A DNA stretch of 42,201 nucleotides from Candidatus Woesebacteria bacterium GW2011_GWF1_31_35 (GTDB lineage Bacteria; Patescibacteriota; Microgenomatia; UBA8517). Below, piece by piece: positions 35,612-42,201 of the stretch; the first letter of the stretch is position 1; the number at the start of each line of letters is the position of its first letter. Both the position numbers and the translations under genes were made by a program. The stretch covers positions 777,258-819,458 of the forward strand of contig CP011214.1 in NCBI GenBank assembly GCA_001029755.1, written 5' to 3'. The notes under the pieces were generated by a model. The model searched no databases, was not told where the DNA came from, and worked only from the letters and a program-made list of their open reading frames with translations.

Positions 35612-37279
35612 ATGAAAATAAGATTTCTTCAAATAAGTATTCTTATATTATTAATGGGAATATATTTTCTAGCTTTTTTATCAACATTTTCAAAAAAAGG
35701 AACTTTTTATATGGATGAGCCAGCAGTTGTTATGTCCAGTTTAAGTAAAAATCGAAGCATTTACAGTATTTTTAAAGATGCCGCTGGGATAGCCCAACCA
35801 CCATTGGAACATTTAATTAGAGAGAAAATATACCAACCAATCGGTGACAATTTAGGATTGTCTAAAACTTATCCAGAATTTTTTCATAGATTTTTATCAT
35901 TACTTTGGTGGTTATTACCTATTGGATATTTCAGTATTAACATCAAAAATTTTTCTAATAAAAAAAGGTTTATTGTACTTTTATCATTTCTATTAATAAT
36001 TTCGTCTGAGTTTTTTCGAAGTTATTTAACTGAAGCAAGACACTATTCAGCAATTGCTGCATCTTTTGCTACAATGATCATTGTCTTATTATCAGATAAT
36101 GTCCTCATCTACAAATTACGTTATCATTTTTTATTATTATCTTTAATACCACCATTATTACATATCATTTCTTTTCCATATTATCTAATTCTTGTATTTT
36201 ATTTTTTTTATAGATTTGCAGTTGAATCCTATAAAAAACAAAAAAAATATTTTTTCGACATGGTTACTCTTTTTTCTTTATATATAATATTTTCCATATG
36301 GATGTACCTACAGATAACTAACCTTAGTTCGCAGTGGCAACAGCCAAGTATTAATAATATTAATTTGATATACATTAATTCGAGGCTAAAGTGGACATTA
36401 GATTGGTTATTCTCTGGTACTATTTTTTATTTATTGTTCAAACTGATACCAAACATTATTAAGAGTCATCTAGTTCAATTTTTTGGTATTATTACCTTAT
36501 ATTATTTTGTAAACATAAGACAACTGTTCATTATTAAAAAAAATATTTTTGAAGTATCATCGACTTTTCTATTAATTACTTGTTGCATCTGGCCATTAAC
36601 AATAGCATTAGTTACATATAGAAGTGGAATGTTTTCTGGAGAAAGATATTCTATTGCAATACTGGTTATTATATTTTTCGGATTAAGTACATTCATAATT
36701 AATGTGATATATAAAATCAATAATTTAGGGGCTAAACAAACATCTCTAATTATCATCGGATTAACAACTATATTTTCAATATTAATAAACATATTACCAA
36801 TAGAAAACTTTTCACTTATGTCTGATGAAAATAAATTTGTTAAAGAAAATATTAATATTATTATTAACCCTGATAGTTATTTAATTTCTGACAATGGTTC
36901 TTATTCTACTTCTATATCTTTACTTTCAATTATTAATAAAGTTCCTTTCAATACAAACTATATTATGTGTCGATGGGGAACTTTTTATTCAGACGATGGT
37001 AAAAATAATATTAACGATTGGTTGTCAAATCACTCTAATAATAATATATATTTATTAACTACCGGAAACGCACTGACTGATAACAATGAGATTATATGGA
37101 AATCGGGCAATGAAACTTTGTATTTAATCAAATCTATAAATGAATCCGATCTCTGTAGTAAAAATGATTACCTACAAGTGAGTAAGTGCTATATTAGGTG
37201 TACAAAAGGTCTAGAGCCTAGCAGTGACAGAAGAAGTATTTTAGGAGTTATACCACACTTAGATATTTATCGTGAATAA
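35612..37279 (+). CDS. Polytopic membrane protein, GT-C-like
   Basis: 555 aa. TM1 then GTFYMDEPAVVMSS (DE motif in loop 1). About 10-12 hydrophobic helices and a soluble C-terminal domain of about 150 aa. The second shared motif is not clear. Confidence 0.4.
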   Translation: MKIRFLQISILILLMGIYFLAFLSTFSKKGTFYMDEPAVVMSSLSKNRSIYSIFKDAAGIAQPPLEHLIREKIYQPIGDNLGLSKTYPEFFHRFLSLLWWLLPIGYFSINIKNFSNKKRFIVLLSFLLIISSEFFRSYLTEARHYSAIAASFATMIIVLLSDNVLIYKLRYHFLLLSLIPPLLHIISFPYYLILVFYFFYRFAVESYKKQKKYFFDMVTLFSLYIIFSIWMYLQITNLSSQWQQPSINNINLIYINSRLKWTLDWLFSGTIFYLLFKLIPNIIKSHLVQFFGIITLYYFVNIRQLFIIKKNIFEVSSTFLLITCCIWPLTIALVTYRSGMFSGERYSIAILVIIFFGLSTFIINVIYKINNLGAKQTSLIIIGLTTIFSILINILPIENFSLMSDENKFVKENINIIINPDSYLISDNGSYSTSISLLSIINKVPFNTNYIMCRWGTFYSDDGKNNINDWLSNHSNNNIYLLTTGNALTDNNEIIWKSGNETLYLIKSINESDLCSKNDYLQVSKCYIRCTKGLEPSSDRRSILGVIPHLDIYRE

Positions 37280-37287
37280 ATTATCCT

Positions 37288-38064
37288 TTATATAATATTC
37301 CCAATAATTTTTCTTCCAAGATTATTAAATTTATGTAATATTAGCACAAATATATTTTTTGTATATTTTTTTACAATTTCTTCGTCATTTTCCAATATTT
37401 CATTAAAAAGTCTTTTAGTTTTTGTGGATGATTCTATCCTAAATTTAGATAAATATTTATCTATAACAACTGGCATTTTATCTTTTCCAATTTTCAACCA
37501 CATTTCATATTCCATAACAAAATATTCTGTCCCACAAAATAATCCATATTTCGTTAAAGCTTTTTTTGTCAAAAATACTGAAGGTTGCATTAAATAATTA
37601 GTTATTAGCAAACGTTTGAAGTTATTACATTTTAAAAGCATATTTTTGTAAATTGTAACTAGTTTTACTATCTCATTTCCCATTTCATTAATTACCCTCC
37701 CCTTTCCTACAAACCACAATATATCAGTGTTTTCAATATAATTATTTGCAACTAGTTTGAAAGAATCTTTTTCATATACATCGTCTGCATTTATAAAGGT
37801 AATAATGTCTCCAGTAGATTTTTTTAAACCCTTGTTAATTGCATCCAACTGTCCATTGTCTCTTTTAGATTCTAGTTTAATAATATTGGGGTGTTCATAT
37901 AAATAATCTTTAATTATTTTTAATGTTCCATCTGTAGAACCACCATCTTGAATAATAACTTCTAAATTTTCATATTTTTGATCAAAAATTGAATCTAGTG
38001 TTTCTTGAATATATTTAACTTTATTATATGAAGGAATAACAACAGAAATTTTTGGAAGTTTCAT
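37288..38064 (-). CDS. Glycosyltransferase family 2
   Basis: 258 aa. ISVVIPSYNKVKYIQETLDSIFDQ, VIIQDGGSTDGT, TFINADDVY. Confidence 0.8.
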   Translation of the reverse strand: MKLPKISVVIPSYNKVKYIQETLDSIFDQKYENLEVIIQDGGSTDGTLKIIKDYLYEHPNIIKLESKRDNGQLDAINKGLKKSTGDIITFINADDVYEKDSFKLVANNYIENTDILWFVGKGRVINEMGNEIVKLVTIYKNMLLKCNNFKRLLITNYLMQPSVFLTKKALTKYGLFCGTEYFVMEYEMWLKIGKDKMPVVIDKYLSKFRIESSTKTKRLFNEILENDEEIVKKYTKNIFVLILHKFNNLGRKIIGNII

Positions 38065-38387
38065 TTTTTCATTAAAGCATCTCTACGAATTAAATCTTCT
38101 AACTTCTTTTCAATCTTTTTAGTTTTTAAATATAAAATTGCAACCATTGAAATAACAAGAATAAAACCTCCTGCAATTAATAAATCTAAAAGCCTTGAAA
38201 CAGCAAATGCTTGGCTATAAGTACGAAGTATCTCTGGAAAGATAACTGCTAGAATTACCAATGTCCAAATAACAAGCCATGTCGCAATTTCCATTCCATT
38301 AAGACTACCTTTTTTATAATGCACAATTGAAAGATAAATCATTAAAAGAGCAAATATAAAACCAGTGATTTGTAATCCTATTATCAT
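38061..38387 (-). CDS. Small 3-4 TM membrane protein, DUF2304-like
   Basis: 108 aa, hydrophobic helices plus a charged C-terminal helix (KKIEKKLEDLIRRD). Sandwiched between two GT2 genes with a 4-nt overlap downstream and a 7-nt gap upstream. The family call is from memory of the typical DUF2304/GT2 pairing. Confidence 0.5.
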   Translation of the reverse strand: MIIGLQITGFIFALLMIYLSIVHYKKGSLNGMEIATWLVIWTLVILAVIFPEILRTYSQAFAVSRLLDLLIAGGFILVISMVAILYLKTKKIEKKLEDLIRRDALMKK

Positions 38388-38394
38388 AATTAGT

Positions 38395-39066
38395 TTATTT
38401 TAAAGTTAGCTTCCAATAAAACAAGTTTCCTAATACTCCCAAAGCATCTATAATACTAACTCCCTTATAATTATCATAGTATACTGTCTCCACTGAAACC
38501 TCGCAATGACTTAGGCCTCTCTTTTTAGTTCTAATCACCATTTCAGTTTCCACCCCATAACCAGTCGAATCCCATTTAATCTTTTTATAACCTTTTTGGG
38601 TTAATCCTCTAAATCCACATATTAAATCCGACACGTAAATACCAAACATAAATCCAACTAAGACTGAAGCAAGTTTATTACCCATATAACGATCGAGTGG
38701 TACACCAAAATTTAAATTTCTAGAACCAAAAACTATATCAAACTTACCAGTTTCTAATTTTTCAACAAACTTATTTAAATCTGAAACTTTATGTTGTCCA
38801 TCAGAATCCATATATATAACGGCATCAGCCCCTTTATTAAAAGCATAATCAGAACCAGTTTTCAAAACCGCACCTTTACCTAAATTAATTTTGTGTCCTA
38901 AAAGAGTTACATTTTTTAATTTCGCTTCTCTAATCTTTTTTTGTGACCCATCAGTGCTTCCATCATCAATAACAACAATTGGATATTTAGTTTTTGAAAT
39001 TTCTTTTAATACCCCAATAACTTTACTTTCTTCGTTATAGACTGGAATGACTATATATATTTTCAT
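38395..39066 (-). CDS. Short soluble GT2, polyprenyl-phosphate sugar synthase-like (DPM1 type)
   Basis: 223 aa. IVIPVYNEESKV, VVIDDGSTDGS, IYMDSDGQH, ICGFRG. Confidence 0.75.
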   Translation of the reverse strand: MKIYIVIPVYNEESKVIGVLKEISKTKYPIVVIDDGSTDGSQKKIREAKLKNVTLLGHKINLGKGAVLKTGSDYAFNKGADAVIYMDSDGQHKVSDLNKFVEKLETGKFDIVFGSRNLNFGVPLDRYMGNKLASVLVGFMFGIYVSDLICGFRGLTQKGYKKIKWDSTGYGVETEMVIRTKKRGLSHCEVSVETVYYDNYKGVSIIDALGVLGNLFYWKLTLK

Positions 39067-39069
39067 TTA

Positions 39070-40011
39070 TTATTTATTTTCTGTATACCAATCAATTGTA
39101 TTTTTTAAACCTTTTTCAAAAGTAGTTTTGGCGCTAAATCCAAATTCTTTTTGTGCCATAGATATGTCTAATTTCCTTTTTGGTTGCCCATCTGGTTTTG
39201 TTTTGTCCCAAGAAAGTTTTCCTTTAAAGCCTGTTAATTTCTTAATTAACTGTGCCAAATCTTTAATTGATATTTCAAACGCTGATCCCAAGTTTACTGC
39301 GTCAGGTTTATCATATCTTTCGCAAGCTAAAAGTATTCCCTCAACCGCATCTTCCACATATAAAAACTCTCGAGTAGGTTTTCCTGTACCCCAAACAACA
39401 ACTTCTTTGTCATTATTTTGTTTTGCTTCAACGAACTTTTTAATTAATGCTGGGATTACATGAGACGACTTAGGATTGAAATTATCTCCAGGTCCATACA
39501 AGTTAACGGGGAGTAAAAATATTGAATTAAAACCATATTGGTCTCTACACGCAGTAGATTGTACTAATTGCATCTTCTTAGCCAGACCGTATGGAGCGTT
39601 TGTCTCTTCAGGATACCCATTCCAAAGATTAGTTTCTGTAAATGGTATGGGTGTAAATTTAGGATATGCACATATTGTTCCCAAGGCTAAATATTTTTTA
39701 ACCTTATTTATCCTTGCAGCCTTCATCATAAAGGTTCCCATTAAAATATTATCTTCAAAAAGATCTGCAGGGAATTCTCTATTAAACCCAATTCCTCCTA
39801 CTTTTGCAGCTAAATGAATTACAACATCAATATCCTTAGTAGCTTTTAAACAATCTTCATATTTTCTCAAATCATATTTATTAATATCTGCTATACGAAC
39901 AAGTTTTGGATTAAGTTCTTTTAATTTTTTAACTAAATAACTTCCTAGAAATCCATTCCCACCAGTAATTAATACTCTTTTATTCTTCCAATATTTTTTA
40001 TTTAAATTCAT
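39070..40011 (-). CDS. fcl: GDP-L-fucose synthase-like (GDP-4-keto-6-deoxymannose 3,5-epimerase/4-reductase)
   Basis: 313 aa. VLITGGNGFLGSYL, ICAYPKFTPIPFTETNLWNGYPEETNAPYGLAKKM (YxxxK), VWGTGKPTREFLYVEDAVEGI. Confidence 0.75.
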   Translation of the reverse strand: MNLNKKYWKNKRVLITGGNGFLGSYLVKKLKELNPKLVRIADINKYDLRKYEDCLKATKDIDVVIHLAAKVGGIGFNREFPADLFEDNILMGTFMMKAARINKVKKYLALGTICAYPKFTPIPFTETNLWNGYPEETNAPYGLAKKMQLVQSTACRDQYGFNSIFLLPVNLYGPGDNFNPKSSHVIPALIKKFVEAKQNNDKEVVVWGTGKPTREFLYVEDAVEGILLACERYDKPDAVNLGSAFEISIKDLAQLIKKLTGFKGKLSWDKTKPDGQPKRKLDISMAQKEFGFSAKTTFEKGLKNTIDWYTENK

Positions 40012-40041
40012 AGATATTTTTATTTTTTTTAAATTAGACTT

Positions 40042-41130
40042 TTACGATAAAAAATAACCATTCACAAACAACATCTGGGCAACTAAAAGAATTATACTAA
40101 GAATTACATAAATTCCAAGCTTTAATAATTTAGGAAGTTTTGAAACTTCTTGAGCTAAAAAGAAAAATGCTGGAAAGATAACTAAAACATAACGAGGAAG
40201 AGACGAAAAACTTCCTGAAAGTGTTGGAATTAAATAGGCTAAGACTAAAAATATCCAATATTTGATATCTAACTTCTTAAAACTAATAAATATTAAGGCT
40301 AAAAACAAAACTGCAATAGTTATTTCTAAAATAGTAGTAAAAACTACTGGAAAATAACTCCAAGTTAGATTTGGAATGATCTTTACAAAATATCTATAAA
40401 AGACTTGAGGTAACATTATTAGGTGATCTGATCGCTGCTCTCCAAACCCACTGGCTGAATTGAAAAATTTTAAATAATCTCCCCAAGTTATATATGAATA
40501 GTACATATAACTTAAAAGCCCTAATGGAACTAGTAATATAAAATTGATTCTCTTTTTAATAAATACATATAAATAAACTAAAACTATACCTATTATTCTT
40601 GTAGCTGATGAAAACATTCCTAAAATTCCTGATAATAAATACTTTTCTTTCCTAAAAAAGTAAAATGACCAAACAACAAGTGTTAAAAATAAGCTTTCTG
40701 TGTAGACTCCAGCAAAATAAAATGAGGTGGGGAAGAGTAGTAATAGGATTATGGCAAGTTTTGAAATTTTTTCTGAATAATCCAATTTTGCCAACTTATA
40801 CATTCCAAAAAGTGCCAATAAAAAGCTTAAATTTGATATTGTCAATCCTCCCCAAATCCCCTCCCCTAAAATTTTAACAAGTAGGGGATAGAGTGGAAAA
40901 AAAGCTTGTTCCCCTCCCCCATACCCCATTTTTGCAATTGATAAATAATGTTCCCCATCAAAGTTGGCCCAACTCCAAAGATAAGGATTAGATAAATATT
41001 TTCCCATTCCCCCACCTAAAAAATTATTTTGAAGTTTAAAAAAAAATGGAGCTAAGAATATGGGGATAAATAAAAGTATTCTCCAAACAAGAAAACTTTT
41101 TAAGATAAATAACTTTTCATCCCTGTTCAT
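40042..41130 (-). CDS. GT-C mannosyltransferase-like membrane protein (PIG-V / Mannosyl_trans2-like)
   Basis: 362 aa. WANFDGEHYLSIAKMGYGGGEQAFFPLYPLL matches the PIG-V-family loop motif. About 8-9 hydrophobic helices. Confidence 0.6.
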   Translation of the reverse strand: MNRDEKLFILKSFLVWRILLFIPIFLAPFFFKLQNNFLGGGMGKYLSNPYLWSWANFDGEHYLSIAKMGYGGGEQAFFPLYPLLVKILGEGIWGGLTISNLSFLLALFGMYKLAKLDYSEKISKLAIILLLLFPTSFYFAGVYTESLFLTLVVWSFYFFRKEKYLLSGILGMFSSATRIIGIVLVYLYVFIKKRINFILLVPLGLLSYMYYSYITWGDYLKFFNSASGFGEQRSDHLIMLPQVFYRYFVKIIPNLTWSYFPVVFTTILEITIAVLFLALIFISFKKLDIKYWIFLVLAYLIPTLSGSFSSLPRYVLVIFPAFFFLAQEVSKLPKLLKLGIYVILSIILLVAQMLFVNGYFLS

Positions 41131-42172
41131 ATATGTCTAGTGTTTCTTTTGCAGTTTTTTCCCAACTAAAGTCTTTAATTCTTATTAAACCATTGCTAAT
41201 TAATTTTTGTCTTAAATCACTATTACTTAATATTTCATTTATCTTTTCTACTAAATCATCTGTACTCTGAGTATCAAAATACAAACATGCATCACCACCA
41301 ACTTCTACTAAAGCCTGTGTTTTCCCAGCAATAACAGGGCAACCTGCAGCAAAAGCATGAATTATAGAAAGACCAAAACCTTCATAGCAAGAAGGTTGGA
41401 CTAATACGCTAGCTATGTTTAATACTTTATTTGCCTCTTCATCAGTAATATAACCTAATCTTCTTACCTTATTGGAATTAATTAAGGTCTCATAAACAGG
41501 TTTTAAATGAATTAATTCTGGATGGTTTAAATCCATTGTTTCAATCTCTTTTATTTGTTTACCAGCAATAACAAGTAGAATATTTAATTTCTCACATGCC
41601 TTAACTAGTGTAGGAACGTTTTTATTGTAATTAATATCTCCAAAATAAAAAATAAATTTTTCAGGCAATTTAAAAACATTTTGGGATTGAACTTTTTTAT
41701 CACGTAGTGACAAAATTTGTTTATATTCTTTCTTTGAACCTAAATAAATTACGTGTACGATTTTTGGATCAACTCCTAAAAATCTACAAATGTCTTTTTT
41801 AGAGGTTTCAGAAATTGTAATTATCTTATCAACATATAATTTCACTAATAACTTGTTAATTAAAAAATTTACTTTTCCTTTAATTCCTGACTTATAAACC
41901 TTAGGGTAAATTAAGGGAATTAAATCATGAATCGTTAAAACAAATTTCGTACCTTTTGGTTTAGTAAACGGTAGTGAAATAAAAAATGGTCTAAAAGAGG
42001 TAAAGTGAATAACATTATAATGTCTATTTTTATCTATTTTTGAATCTATCTGAATGTCGTTTTTATTCTTAATCTCTATATCTAAAGCTTTAATAAGCTC
42101 ATTTGTATGAACTCCAATACCCCTAACTGCATCCTCATTACTTGAACTTCCACTCTGAATAGCAATCTGCAT
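41117..42172 (-). CDS. Glycosyltransferase family 4-like (GT-B fold)
   Basis: 351 aa. QPSCYEGFGLSIIHAFAAGCPVIAGK is a GT4 E-x7-E region with His at the second position. First gene of the terminal minus-strand block. Confidence 0.8.
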   Translation of the reverse strand: MQIAIQSGSSSNEDAVRGIGVHTNELIKALDIEIKNKNDIQIDSKIDKNRHYNVIHFTSFRPFFISLPFTKPKGTKFVLTIHDLIPLIYPKVYKSGIKGKVNFLINKLLVKLYVDKIITISETSKKDICRFLGVDPKIVHVIYLGSKKEYKQILSLRDKKVQSQNVFKLPEKFIFYFGDINYNKNVPTLVKACEKLNILLVIAGKQIKEIETMDLNHPELIHLKPVYETLINSNKVRRLGYITDEEANKVLNIASVLVQPSCYEGFGLSIIHAFAAGCPVIAGKTQALVEVGGDACLYFDTQSTDDLVEKINEILSNSDLRQKLISNGLIRIKDFSWEKTAKETLDIYEQG

Positions 42173-42201
42173 ATGCAGTAATTATACCTCAAATATGATA
42201 A

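Noticed and set aside
39047-39817. Two unusually long antisense ORFs (138 and 113 aa) lie opposite the fcl-like gene. They could be an overlapping gene pair.
   Set aside because: They lie opposite the most GC-rich and most conserved gene in the window, where stop codons are rarer on the antisense strand. They have no motifs and no independent start context. This is most likely a compositional artefact.
2299-40877. About 32 short ORFs (60-138 aa) in the supplied track lie inside, and mostly antisense to, the large ORFs. Examples are 2299-2523, 5002-5298, 7082-7324, 12082-12342, 22569-22841, 33858-34190 and 36502-36792.
   Set aside because: Each is fully embedded in a longer ORF that has clear family motifs. 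Their translations are low-complexity with no recognisable motif. Such shadow frames are expected by chance, so I did not report them as genes.
1-42201. An alternative genetic code (UGA recoding), as in some ultra-small lineages.
   Set aside because: Under the standard code, 40 intact ORFs tile 98% of the window. At least two genes end at TGA (9887-9889 and 26991-26993) at sensible C-termini next to adjacent genes. There is no sign of in-frame TGA interruptions.
1-42201. Mobile elements, CRISPR arrays, tRNA/rRNA genes, defence systems, toxin-antitoxin pairs or prophage genes.
   Set aside because: No transposase, integrase, recombinase, nuclease or Cas-like motif appears in any ORF. No spaced direct repeats were seen. 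Intergenic space totals only 772 nt, with the largest gap 175 nt, which leaves no room for structured RNA genes of normal size.

Overview
This very AT-rich 42.2-kb window (roughly 70% A+T or more by eye, not computed) is about 98% coding. By the supplied ORF coordinates, 772 nt fall outside the 40 large intact ORFs. I found no rRNA, tRNA, CRISPR array, transposase, integrase or pseudogene. Every ORF with a recognisable motif belongs to glycan assembly. I count 8 GT-A-fold glycosyltransferases (7 GT2 plus 1 GT8-like), 3 GT-B enzymes (2 GT4, 1 CgeB-like) and 8 polytopic GT-C-like membrane proteins. There are also 9 SAM-methyltransferase domains (2 of them FkbM type) plus 1 degenerate one. Two export routes are present: a Wzx-like MOP flippase and a Wzm/Wzt ABC exporter whose ATPase has an extra C-terminal domain. 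Sugar-nucleotide enzymes include an FdtA/FdtB-like pair for a dTDP-3-amino-3,6-dideoxyhexose, an Fcl-like GDP-fucose synthase and one further SDR. The window also holds one canonical AsnB amidotransferase, one AsnB paralog lacking the Cys nucleophile, and an orphan CapA/PgsA-type metallophosphoesterase. Genes form 13 alternating-strand blocks with 4-31 nt overlaps inside blocks. Convergent junctions are nearly spacerless, and one pair overlaps by 15 nt. No Shine-Dalgarno motif is visible at about 20 inspected starts. The best candidate for an undescribed system is a GT-C-centred extracytoplasmic glycosylation and methylation machine fed by polyprenyl-phosphate-sugar synthase-like GT2s. It contains two unusual sub-modules. 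One is a wzm-wzt-(GT2/Zn-ribbon/methyltransferase fusion) candidate cap-and-export unit. The other is a seven-gene operon (GT-C, CapA-like, Cys-less AsnB-like, MTase-like, CgeB-like GT, MTase, MTase). No initiating phosphoglycosyltransferase, Wzy, WaaL or Wzz is recognisable, and the acceptor (S-layer protein, pilin or lipoglycan) is not in the window. Composition, compaction and the paralog swarm suggest an ultra-small-genome lineage (CPR bacterium or DPANN archaeon), but no marker gene is present. All family calls rest on motifs read by eye, not on database searches.
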